A DNA stretch of 63,628 nucleotides, counting the filler, from Octopus bimaculoides (Eukaryota): NCBI RefSeq assembly GCF_001194135.2. It is 7 parts of 7 records of this genome, joined end to end, with 100 filler letters (N's around TTAATTAATTAA, not from the genome) between each part and the next. Parts side by side here need not be neighbours in the genome. Positions count along the whole stretch, not along the records: positions 1 to 15,033 come from NC_068983.1; positions 15,134 to 32,594 come from NC_068992.1; 5 more parts are not named here. One strand, 5' to 3'. The notes under the pieces are model-generated. The model was not told the origin of the DNA. It worked only from the letters and a program-made list of their open reading frames with translations, and made no database searches. Position numbers and translations under genes: made by a program. Shown piece after piece: positions 12,149 to 23,900 of the stretch (the stretch's first letter is position 1; the number at the start of each line of letters is the position of its first letter).

Positions 12149-13160
12149 TTCTTGTTTAACTACATGCAACCTAATTATCTGTTGCCTCTCTACTTGAAAT
12201 GACTGTGCCTGCTCCTTATGGCTGTTCCTTTTAGTTTCACTTATCAGTGTCATGATGTTAATGTTCCTTGCTAAGATTTTTTTCAGATTAATGTCTGCAT
12301 TTAACCACAGCCAACACACACACACCTACACAGACACCAGTACATCTGTGTGTACATGCACATACACATGCATATATTTTTCATTGTGTACATACATGTG
12401 TATGTAAATATTATGTGCTTGGTGCATCAATGAGACTGAAGAATGAATTCACTGGCAGCAGTGTCTTAAAAACATTGTTGTTGAACAAAATCATTCTTTA
12501 CTTTCATAATATTCCATGAATTTATTTGGAACTTTTTCCTTTTTTTTTATATCTTGAAATCTAAATAAATACCTCTTAGCAATATTTTTCTTTTCAAATG
12601 TTTGAACCAATAACTGTTAAAAACTATGTAATCTGAGAAAACTAAACCTTCGGAACTCGTATTCTTTCTGTAAAAAAAGTGTCTGTTGATAACAAATAGT
12701 ACATTGTAACAGCCAAACAATTAAGGAAGGTCAAATACATTTGTAAGATTTCTAACCAGAGATGCATTGTGTAATTGGTTATTGTGAATGAAATTTTGTA
12801 CATTTTTAAATCACATGTAAGCAATTATTCATTTAAAGTACAAAGCAAATAAAAATAAAAATAATTAAAGATTTTTCCATGGATTTTTTACATAATAGAA
12901 AACCTCATTTAATGAAAGAAATATAATTTAATCATTTTCACCAGGGACTGGAATGTAATTAAATATTTATTTCATGTAGTTTGTATATTGTTGTTTACTC
13001 AAACATATTTTAGTTAACATTTTGCAGAAATATTCAGATAACTTATGATAGGTTTGAATTAAATATTATAAAAAGGAAATGCTTCCACCCCCTTTGCTGA
13101 CAATTGTAAAATTTTTATATTTTCAGATGACAAATAGTTTTTGTCTAAATTTTTAATAAA
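12149..13160 (+). other. Probable 3' UTR of the beta-PIX-like gene, with candidate polyadenylation signals
   Basis: AT-rich unique sequence after the stop codon, largely free of transposons. AATAAA hexamers near 12848 and 13155. The true 3' end cannot be fixed from DNA alone. Confidence 0.45.
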
Positions 13161-13951
13161 CATGTCTTACAGAAATGAAGTCAAGTTTTTTTCCCTTTCA
13201 AATCCTTTTATTATATATTTCACAGTTTAACTGATATCAAATACTGCTACAAAATATTGCAAAATGTTCTCAATAAATTTTGCAGTTTTGAAAACTTTAA
13301 GTACTTTGTAAAATCCAAATGTTAACATTCTGATATCATTTGTAATTAATTCATCTGTTGGGAACTGTAATGAGAGAAGGTTGTGTGAATGTTTTGAATG
13401 TATTCTTGCTGACAAACTTGAAAAAAATAAATATCTGCTATTTTTAAACCTATATCTTTTGTCCAGCTTGGTATGACAGGCTGGTGACTATATTTGTCTG
13501 TTTTGGTATTTTTAATTACTTTTTTTTTCCATTATTAATTCAGAGGTTAGTCCACAAATTTAAGGAAATTTATAGCTTTTACTCTTTACCAACTAAAATA
13601 ATGTTAATAATAATATTAATTCCTAAATAATGCAATATTAGACTATCACAAATTTTTAAGTAAAAAAAAAAAACCCTGCTAATCTTGTGCGAAAGTGTTA
13701 AAATGTTCATAGTGCTATGGATCCATTTAGCTATTAAACTTTACTTTTCATTAGATTGTAACTCATTGACTTTGAATGTTATACTTTTAGTAGCAGGATA
13801 AATCCTTAAAACTATACTGTGTATTATTCTTCTTCTGTTCTGTGATACAGATAGTTTATTGTAGCAGAAGCTGCAAGATCAAGGCATTTTGGTGCTGGTT
13901 TGTGTAACGTGTATGTTATATATATATATATATATATATATNNNNNNNNNN

Positions 13952-13985
<34 letters not shown>

Positions 13986-14437
13986 AATGATTTAATGAAA
14001 ATGTGAGCTATTTCAAGTTTCATGATTGGTAAGTGCAGTTTGTCTATAGTATGCTGTATATGATCCAGCAATCATTCAGGCTCATATAACATGGTGACTA
14101 CATGAGAGAATATGAGTAAAAAAAATGTTAAGAAACTTTGCAAAGGAAAGCGGGGAATAATTTCTTTCTTGGAAGATAGAATTAGATCTCTGTAACTCAT
14201 AAATGAAGAATATTGTTAATGATGAGTGTATAATGTGATTTATATGGGTATTGTCATGTGGAGGACATCAAAAATTATACCTTGTGGGGTGCGTCTTAAA
14301 ATTTGGTAACAGAAACTTGAGGATGTATACACCTCAAAACTTTCTGATGTCAAGTTTAGAAAGTTGGTGCAGTTTTTCAATTTAATGAGGTTGTGTGTGC
14401 TCTCAGTTATACAAAGCCTGCAAGTTGATGTCAATAC

Positions 14438-14492
<55 letters not shown>

Positions 14493-14502
14493 TGTGTGTG
14501 TG

Positions 14503-14950
14503 TGACTGAGGGTGTTACAACATCTACAATGCTAGAAATAAGTGCGAAAACGCTCTGATGCTGCAGTCGATGCTTATAATTGTATACATACATACTGACA
14601 GCGATCATAAATGGTTGAAAGCGGCAGTTGAGATATACCTACACTGTCAGACAGTTTTGGCTTTAACATCAGTAGGGTTGCCACAGCTTGCCAGATTTCA
14701 GACAAGATCAGTGCCAGTATACATGTCTGCACCATAGAAATCTAAGGATGATTTAGTGAATCGTTAATGTGCATACAAATAATTAAAGTAGCCAGTGGTT
14801 TACCAATGTATTACCAAAAAGAAAAAAAACTATAATTGTCTTTAAATATGACTAAGGATGTTAGAACACCTACAATGCTAGAAATAAGAGCTAAAGAGCT
14901 CTGATACTGCAGTCAGCACACTTAATTGTATACTTACATACTGACAGCGA
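14503..14950 (+). repeat. Two ~102-bp direct repeats, 346 bp apart (14503-14604 and 14849-14950)
   Basis: Both read TGACT.AGG.TGTTA.AACA.CTACAATGCTAGAAATAAG...CTCTGAT.CTGCAGTC...AATTGTATAC.TACATACTGACAGCGA. Confidence 0.85.
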
Positions 14951-15829
14951 CAGTAAGCAGCTGTAAATATGACATGTCATATTTAATGACAATTATAGTT
15001 TTCCCAAACTGCTGCCTAACTTGTGTATATATANNNNNNNNNNNNNNNNNNNNNNNNNNNNNNNNNNNNNNNNNNNNTTAATTAATTAANNNNNNNNNNN
15101 NNNNNNNNNNNNNNNNNNNNNNNNNNNNNNNNNTATATATATATATATATATATAAAATTCAAATTACGACAAACGTAAATAAACAAACGAAGTTTGCTT
15201 TTAGACGCGTTGAGATGTCTTTTAGAAAGTTAAAGTGTACATATTTATATATATATGCATACACACATATATATATTTATACGTTTATTTTAAATATATA
15301 CACATGCACACACATATATACACATACACACATATATACGTACATGTATACATACATGCATACTTAAATACATACATACACACATGCAAGGGTCAGTAAT
15401 ATAATTAAGTAAGGAAGTGTTGTTGGCAGAGAATGAGGCATGGGTTAAAGCCAGATTAAGATTTGAGCAGCTACAGGGGATGTCAGTGGGAAGGTGAGAA
15501 ATCTATGTGGTAGAATTTTATGGTAGTGTAATCAATCATATGAAAATACATCCTAAGTTGAAAAACAGCCAAGAATCCAGTACACACACACACACACATG
15601 TGTATATATATATATATATATATTGTATTTCAAGATGGTAATTTTTTTTTTTTTTTCCAAAAAAACACAGGCATAAAAAAAAAGTTGACTATCCTAAAAT
15701 ATAACAATATCTGTTTCTATGCACAATTTCACATCAGGAATCTTGTAACACAAATTCATAAACAGACAGACAGACAGACAGACGCATACATACACACGCA
15801 CACACACACACAGGCTCAATAATTTAAGT

Positions 15830-15905
15830 ACCAGTTGCATACTGGGGTCGATCTAATCGACTGGTCCCCTCCCACAAAATTTCGAGCCTTGTGCCTAGAG
15901 TAGAA
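15830..15905 (+). mobile_element. SINE family B, 3' fragment
   Basis: CTGGGGTCGATCTAATCGACTGGTCCCCTCCC...GAGCCTTGTGCCTAGAGTAGAA matches the family B tail. Confidence 0.75.
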
Positions 15906-16048
15906 TTTACTTCTTGATGCCTGCAAGGATCAAATAAGAGTGCAGTCAGGTAGATTTTCTCTAATCACATACACTTCCTGATGCCAACCTATACCAGTTT
16001 CCCAAAAACTGATGATACATACACAGGCACACACACGTATAAAATAAA

Positions 16049-16393
16049 AGCTATATGTTGTGAAATGAAGCTGGAATTGGTCTTGTAATAACTTCAACAA
16101 ACCAATGACCTCAATAAATGTCTGCAGAATGAATAAATGATATATATATACATTCTTACATATATATATATCTATATCTACATATATCTATATATCTCTC
16201 TCTCTCTATATATATATATAAATATATATATAGTTATATGTATATCATCATCATCATCATCATTTAACGTCCTTTATATATATGTACATACATGCATATA
16301 TGAATATATATATATACATATATACACACGCATATATATATTTAAATATATGTATATATACATATATATATGTATGTCTGTATATATATATAT

Positions 16394-16463
<70 letters not shown>

Positions 16464-16895
16464 ATATAATTATATACATATCCATGCATGTGTGTGTATA
16501 TGTGTGTATTTGCATGCATGAGTGTAACTTTAGTCACACAGAACAATATTCTGAGTTTCCTGTCAGAAGGGTGACCCTGACAGCATTTGTCAGTTGTTTA
16601 CAAAATTGATTAACGTGAAGAATTTATTAACAGCTGATCACCATATATAAAACCTCTTGCAAGATAGGATTTCAAATTCTCATTCCTTTTTACAGCTGAT
16701 CCCAGAAGTGCTTTAATAATACAGAGAAGTTCATAGTGGGCAGTACAATAATGAATTATTTGCCCTTTGTTGCTGTCACCACCTGAGAAGCAATAGCTAT
16801 ATGTAGTGAAATGAAAGCTGGAATTGGTTTTCTAATAACTGCAGTATTTAACAAACCAATGACTGCAATAACTGTCTGCAGAATGAATAAATGAT
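16049..16895 (+). repeat. Dispersed ~95-bp direct repeat (16049-16141 and 16795-16895)
   Basis: Both read AGCTATATGT.GTGAAATGAA.GCTGGAATTGGT...AACAAACCAATGAC..CAATAA.TGTCTGCAGAATGAATAAATGAT. Confidence 0.85.
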
Positions 16896-17198
16896 AAATG
16901 ATTATCTGCTGAAAATAATTAGTTGTCTGCAAAGAAGAAAACAAAAAAAAAAAANNNNNNNNNNAAAAAAAAAAAAAAAAAACAAAAAAAAAAATGCAAT
17001 AATTAAATGCCTGCAAGAAATGATAAAATGATAGCAAGAAAAACAACAACAATAATTAATTTGTCTGCAACACACCCAACAAATACAAAGCGTCATCATG
17101 GAAACAACATAACATATACGTATGTGCATGTGTATATGGATATATATGTATGTGTGTGTGTGTGTGTGTGTAGTATTACTATATATTACATATATATA

Positions 17199-17238
<40 letters not shown>

Positions 17239-17269
17239 AAAATGCACATTTATATTTATGTATCATTTG

Positions 17270-17406
17270 TATCAATGATGAACAGCCCAGCATCCCAGCC
17301 CAGGGTGAAAGTGAAAGTAGACAGTAAGTTTTTATTTTCATCTGTTTATGTATGTATGTATGTATGTATGTATCTATCTATTTATCTATTCATCAATCAA
17401 TCTCTC

Positions 17407-17443
<37 letters not shown>

Positions 17444-17550
17444 TCGTCCCCAAGGGCCTAATTGTCAATGAAGAGTCCTACTGTGATGTTTTGAAGTATT
17501 TGAGGGAGGACATTCGGTGAAATCATCCAGATGTGTGGAGCAGGAACTGT
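17270..17550 (+). mobile_element. mariner transposase fragment interrupted by (TATG)n/(TATC)n
   Basis: SPASQPRVKVKVDSK...FVPKGLIVNEESYCDVLKYLREDIR*NHPDVWSRN resembles mariner FVPxGQTVNxxxYxxVLxRLRxxIRxKRPxLW. Confidence 0.75.
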
Positions 17551-17551
17551 A

Positions 17552-17780
17552 CATAAACTAGAATCCTTACCAAATGGAATTAATGATAGTCTTATGCCAC
17601 TGTGAATCCTAATTGGCCTAGAAAAATATGCTACAATAGTAAGTGCATATGCACCAACATTTGGTTCTACAGATGCAACAAAAGATAACTTCTGATGTAT
17701 GAATATTATTGAACCAAATTCCCAATCAAGACAAAATTTTTCATTTAGGAAATTTTAATGCCTATGTTGGATCAGATTAC
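17552..17780 (+). mobile_element. RTE LINE endonuclease fragment
   Basis: KLESLPNGINDSLM...YATIVSAYAPT...KDNF...DKIFHLGNFNAYVGSD contains the SAYAPT and GDFNAxVG motifs. Confidence 0.8.
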
Positions 17781-17827
17781 TTTTCTTCGTCAAATTTAGG
17801 TTATTGTCAGCATTACTTTTTCACTGT

Positions 17828-18032
17828 TTTACTTGTTTCAGTCATTTGACTGCGGCCATCGTGGAGCACTGCCTGTAGTCGAGCAAATCGACCCCGGGAC
17901 TTATTCTTTGTATGCCTAGTACTTATTCTATCGGTCTCTTTTGCCGAACTGCTAAGTTACGGGGACTTAAACACACCACCATCGGTTGTCAAGCGATGTT
18001 GGGGGGACTGACACACAAACATATACACACAC

Positions 18033-18082
<50 letters not shown>

Positions 18083-18239
18083 CGNNNNNNNNNNTCGACC
18101 CCGGGACTTATTCTTTGTATGCCTAGTACTTATTCTATCGGTCTCTTTTGCCGAACTGCTAAGTTACGGGGACTTAAACACACCACCATCGGTTGTCAAG
18201 CGATGTTGGGGGGACTGACACACAAACATATACACACAC

Positions 18240-18289
<50 letters not shown>

Positions 18290-18450
18290 CGGGCTTCTTC
18301 CAGTTTCCGTCTACCAAATCCACTCACAAGGCTTTGGTCGGCCCGAGGCTATAGTAGAAGACACTTGCCCAAGGTGCCACGCAGTGGGAATGAACCTGGA
18401 ACCATGTGCTTGGTAAGCAAGCTACTTACCACAGTCACTCCTGCACCTAT
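17828..18450 (-). mobile_element. SINE family A, full-length copy with an internal (TA)n; partly duplicated by the assembly
   Basis: Reverse complement of 58824-59240. The segment 17888-18084 is repeated at 18095-18290 across a 10-N gap. Confidence 0.9.
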
Positions 18451-19084
18451 TGCTGATTTTTCATACATAAAATTACTATGGGGTATGCCCTTAGATTTTA
18501 TCTATTACTGTACTCATAAATTTACTAGATATATAAGATAGACATAAACAATTGTCATGTTTATGCAATTTCATTATGGACAGTAAAGCAGAATCAAATG
18601 GATGATGTCAGTTTAACTGTTCTTATTGTATCATCAATGATTAATTACCCTACATGTTACTTCCACTATGAAACTTATTTTATACCCATTTATAATTAAA
18701 TCATAAAAATTCATCATGAAAAATAAACACTGCTCATATGTCAATATTTTAAGTTACAAAACTAACAGCTGATACTATGTAAAATATACAAATCAGCCTT
18801 CTTGATGTTGATATAAATGTAACAACCACAGCAATAGATACTGTTTAACAGGGGCAGTAAAATATAGGATGAACCATTGGTAATGAAGCTATAAGAATGG
18901 TTGAAATGGCATCCTTCGTTTAGTCATTCTTTTACTATTCATGGTAAAATTTTAATTTTGTCAAACAACACAGATATTCATGTCAAACTTATGTTTCTTT
19001 ATGAATACAGTAGTACTAAGGTATTTGGGTAAATCCTGTAAAAAAATGTTTAATGTGCATATATATATATATATATATTCTTTT

Positions 19085-19398
19085 CTTTCTTTGTGCCCTT
19101 TCCAAGCCTAGCCAGGCTCATGGGCCCGGTTTCCCGGTTTCTATGGTGTATGTGTTACCCCCCAGCTGGACAGGACGCCAGTCTATCACAGCGTTACTCA
19201 AGAAACAGGAAGAAAGAGTGAGAGAAAGTTGGGGGCGAAAGAGTACAACAGGGGTTGCCACCACCACCTGCCAGAGCCTTGTGAAGCTTTTTTGGTGTCT
19301 TCGCTCAATAAACGCACACAACACCCGGTCTGGGAAACAAAACTGCGATCCTCCGATCGCTAGTCCGCTACCCTAATCACTAGGCCATTTGGCCTCCA
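19085..19398 (-). mobile_element. SINE family E: tRNA-type head, core shared with family D, distinct tail
   Basis: The minus strand starts GGAGGCCAAATGGCCTAGTGATTAGGGTAGCGGACTAGCGATCGGAGGATCGCAGTTTTG (A/B-box-like). 19205-19325 aligns with 33775-33893. Confidence 0.8.
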
Positions 19399-19439
19399 CA
19401 CACACATATACATACATACATACATACATNNNNNNNNNN

Positions 19440-19474
<35 letters not shown>

Positions 19475-21292
19475 TATTGTATATTCCATCTCTACTCTAT
19501 TCCCTTCATCTCTGTTCTATCTTTCACAAAACATTGAAGACATTTCATTCTCCCTGCTTCCATTTCCTGAGCAGCAAACTAATACTGACACTGAGTTAAT
19601 CTTTTTATCATGTCTTTGTTTTGTATTGTTTTTTTTGTCACCTTTACAATATATATGGGCGTGTGTGTGCATGTAAAAATGCAAGTTATTGGTATATATG
19701 TGTATGCATAGTTTATTCAGAAACTGTAAAACGAATGCTTGAAAAAGCGTTTATAGTTTTATTCTCCATCTCACAGGGAAGATATTCATAACATTTATCT
19801 TGACATATAAACTGGCAATGTTTTAAATTGAGCTTTTCGATATTTCTATATTCCTATCGGGAAATTTTACTCTTTTGTCTTAAAATTATATCCTTCCCCC
19901 AACACTTTCTAGAAATAGTTGGTGAGAGAGAGAGAGGTGGGGGAAGGAGGGATGGGGTGTATATGTGTCGGTTTATGATTGTGGCAGTTTTGTTTACAAT
20001 TTTATAACTGTCTTCTGTAGCAGTTTTAGACACTGGAATAACAATTATTGTGTCACAATATTTTGGGAGTCAGAAATGATGGCTGTTGTCATAACTGTTT
20101 AACTGTGAAGGAGATTATGTATAAATCACACTTCGTCCCAATAATTTCCACTGCTTATTGTAACCGACAGAAGTAGTGAAGTGTGATGCATATTGTCAAT
20201 GGAAAGGAACAAGAAAAGCAATTTTTTCGTTTTTTTCTTTGAAAATTTTATTTCTGCACACAATAAGACTCTGATATTATAAACAATTTCCTCAGTCTAT
20301 TTTGAAAAAAAAAAAAAATGAAAAATTGGTAAAGTTGTTACAGGAAGTGGGGGTGTGGTGTGGTGTGGTGGTGGTGTGTGTGATGATATAAGCATTTTGA
20401 AGTATCTACTTTCTTCTTTCCCCTTATTTCTTTCTTTCTAAGAAGCCAAAGCTCAAACAATTACTCAAAGTCCTCAATGTAATTGATCCTTAACAAGGTG
20501 TTTCTATTCTTAAGAATTGTCTACCGAATTCAGATTCTTACCGTCTTTGTGACTCATTGATAATCAAGAGAAATCTGAAAGCTTGGTCAATTTTAAGCTA
20601 AGCGCTGTATCCTTTGCCCAGTCAGTATTGCTGAAAAGCATTCGATGGGGGTCTGGGTGTAAGGAAATGTTCATCTCTATCCATCTCCCTTTCTTCTATT
20701 TATGCTTCTTCCTCTTTTGTAGGCAACATTTTATACTTTCCTAATTGGATTACATCCAGTATAGAGGTGGATGTAGCATAGTCTTGGATTGTTAGTTTCA
20801 GAGCAGAGAAATTGTATCAGAGAGCTCGGGACAGTCAAAACATATTTTTGACTCTCTTTCTGATCAATCTAGTTAAGTTTCAAGGTTCCGCCTATTTTTC
20901 TGTGAATGTTAAATTTTCTGAAAATTGGTGTAACCCATTGTTTGTGGCATACGTTGGTGGTTTACGTAATTCAGATGAATTCCACATTTCCATCACCTTC
21001 AGAGTTGAAGCTGATGTGTGTGTGTGAGGGGGGAGGATGTAATATCCTTGTGGAAAGACCATTGACTCCAGAAGTTTACATATATTGTCCTGTTAACTTG
21101 ACTTCAGGTAGCTTTGGTTCCCACAATGAGATAAACTTAATCATTAAACAAGCACTAATAAGGATAAATAATAACTCGATAGCTCGATTATGGAATCAAT
21201 GGGATTGTCCAAGGAAGACAGAAAGCTTTATGGAATTCACTACCCTTACGCTAGAAGCTGATTTCATTTTATGGGATGTTGCCATTAATGAC

Positions 21293-21516
21293 TCATTTGC
21301 CTTATCACACATCCTCATTTGCCTTATCACACATCCTCATTTGCCTTATCACACATCCTCAATGCTGTAGCAGCAGTGGGATTATTGCCTTNNNNNNNNN
21401 NTTGCCTTATCACACATCCTCAATGCTGTAGCAGCAGTGGGATTATTGCCTTATCACACATCCTCATTTGCCTTATCACACATCCGCAATGCTGTAGCAG
21501 CAGTGGGATTATTGCA
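21293..21516 (+). repeat. Two-unit minisatellite: A = (T)TTGCCTTATCACACATCCTCA and B = ATGCTGTAGCAGCAGTGGGATTA
   Basis: The order is AAAB, partial A, N-gap, AB, AAB, read directly from the sequence. Confidence 0.9.
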
Positions 21517-22152
21517 TCCATGACTAAATGAAATAAGGCTCTGGAAATATCTCAATCTATTGGTAAATAACATTTTTCATCCTTTCGCTTTTGGCATGTT
21601 GGTCGATGCTTAACAGCTGACAAAGAAGTCTTTGACCTTGACAGCATCCCAGCTCACTGATATATCAGATAACAGTCAGGGAGGTACCTGGTAGTTATAG
21701 TACCTCAGCCTTGCAATAAATTGTGGTAATGCTGCAAGTATTCCAGAACATTTCAAAACATTTTAAAAGTGAAACACAGGCATCATTCTATGTGATGTAA
21801 AGTCGAGGAGGTGCACTTGCCTTTATTTCCCTTATTTACTTACTAATAACCTTTTATTTGTGTGTACTATTTTTTTTTGTCTATTTTATTACTATCTACT
21901 TTTGTAATTTATTTTCTGTCATTTATTCATTGCAGCATGCCAAGGAACACCAAGTTAGATTTATACATTCTCCATTATTGCTGTTCTCAGTTTTAAATAT
22001 GCCACTTACATTCACTTTTACCTTCTTATTGTTAACATTGGATGAAAGCGGAGTATTTAAAATGGATCCACTATTAACTAAATGCATTGATAGGGATCCA
22101 TAGAAACAGCTATCTATTATCCAATATACCCCTCTAAAACAAGCTGAATAGA

Positions 22153-22192
<40 letters not shown>

Positions 22193-22945
22193 CTTGTCAT
22201 AAAACCCTTATTGAGTGAATTTCCAAAGGAATTTATAGTGGATTTAATTTTGGACAGTGTGTGGCATGATTGCTGTCTTTAATTACCTAACAACGTGAAT
22301 TCATGGGGATCATGGTAGATCCAATTTCAAAAGGACAGCAAGATCTTTGAGGCGTATTTCACCTGAAAAGACTTTGCATAGTCAATAACATCTGAATCAG
22401 ATCAAACAGCTGCCATATTCTGTTACAGCATTCTTTTGTATTATGTGAACACAGCTTTATATGCAGCACTCTAATTGTAGAGTGATAAATGAAAAATGCT
22501 ACACATTTACTTTTATAGCTACAGCAAAATAAATAACATACAAGTATACATACATGAATAATTGGTATCTGATTTCTTAACGATGTATATTTACAGAAAT
22601 TCCAAAGGGTAGTTTTCAATCCATCTGCTTATGTCTATTGTTATACACATAGGTATTGTTAAGAGAAACTAAGGAGCAAAACCATTGTAAATGTAAATAG
22701 CTGCTGGATATTTCATATTATTTTTGATTGTTTTCTCCTCTTAATATTTTTAATTTTCTTTGGTAAAGGATATCACTCAAAACACTATATCATTCTATTT
22801 CTTTTCATTAAGCTTATATTCATCGTATATACCCTATATGTTTTGATTCTAATTATTTTGTTTTGCATTTCTATGCTCTGTCTTTACAATGTGTTTTACT
22901 TAATTAACTTCATAAAATTCCATGTCTTTTTTAGCATATATACAT

Positions 22946-23185
22946 AGGTGCAGGAGTAGCTGTTTGGTAAGTAGCTTGCTTACCAACCCCATGGTTCCCG
23001 GTTCAATTCCACTGTGAAGCACCATGGGTAAGTGTCTTCTACTAGAGCCTCAGGCCGACCAAAGCCTTGAGTGGAAATGTTAGACGGAAACTGAAAGAAG
23101 CCTGCCGTATATATATGTGTGTGTGTGTGGGGTGTCTGTGTTTGTACCCCCAACATCACTTGACAAACGATGATGGTGTGTTTAA
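22946..23185 (+). mobile_element. SINE family A, 3'-truncated
   Basis: GGTGCAGGAGTAGCTGTTTGGTAAGTAGCTTGC...GACGGAAACTGAAAGAAGCC...CCCCAACATCACTTGAC. Confidence 0.85.
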
Positions 23186-23458
23186 TCACACACATGCATA
23201 TAATGACATGATTTGTTTCTCAAAAAGTCAACATTTTAAGTGCACTTACATATGTATGAGTGTGTATATATATATGTGTGTGTGTGTGTGTGTTTACAAA
23301 CGAATATGTTTCTGTATTTATATCCCTGCCTTCCTACAAACCTAACTAGCTGCCTAGCTATCTACCTACTTACCTACTTACCTACCTACCTACCTACCTA
23401 CCTACCTACCTGCCTGCCTGCCTACCTACCTACCTACCAACCTACCAACCTACCTACA

Positions 23459-23489
<31 letters not shown>

Positions 23490-23900
23490 GGTAGAAACCA
23501 TAGTCACTCATTATAGAAGGGAGTACTGGTGGAATGTCCCAGTGAAAACCTTAATAAAATGTAAACATAATAGACCTGACATAGTAATTTGGGATAGAGA
23601 AAAGTAACTGTGTACAGTTGTGGAAATCAGCTGCCCAGTGGATGTTAACATAAAGCTGAAGATCAGCAAAAAGATTAAAGAATCTGAAGCTACTTTATCC
23701 AGATTACCAGATCAGTTTTATACCTGTAATTATGAGAGCCCTGGGATATGTAACACACTGCCTAAATACCAATCTTGAGAAATTAGGCTTCTCAAAACGA
23801 GAATGAAGAAAGCTGATTCAAAGACTACAGATCCAGTCCATCATTGGAACTGTAAGAATCTGTGAAACCTTCCAGAAGTTTATCATTTCAGTATATGCGA
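23490..23900 (+). mobile_element. R4/Dong-like LINE restriction-like endonuclease (RLE) C-terminus remnant
   Basis: EYWWNVPVKTLIKCKHNRPDIVIWDREK*LCTVVEISCPVDVN...IPVIMRALG...SIIGTVRI matches the PD-(D/E)xK RLE domain. Confidence 0.85.

Noticed and set aside
15078-15089. TTAATTAATTAA islands inside N-runs (also 32639, 36849, 51602, 58762, 61637)
   Set aside because: An identical palindromic 12-mer with stops in all six frames, always centred in N padding. It is an artificial gap marker, not a biological repeat.
17888-18290. ~200-bp tandem duplication across a 10-N gap
   Set aside because: Identical copies abut the gap and contain a (TA)n tract, which indicates unmerged overlapping contig ends.
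20812-21370. ORFs of 71 and 154 aa
   Set aside because: No recognisable domain. There is only a faint resemblance to a LINE endonuclease, too weak to call.
21293-21516. CRISPR-like repeat-spacer look
   Set aside because: The 'spacers' are identical, there are no cas genes, and the context is eukaryotic. It is a minisatellite.
22010-22077. Possible 68-nt minus-strand exon ending at a GTAAGT donor
   Set aside because: Weak acceptor, unrecognisable peptide, and a phase incompatible with the adjacent 108-nt candidate.
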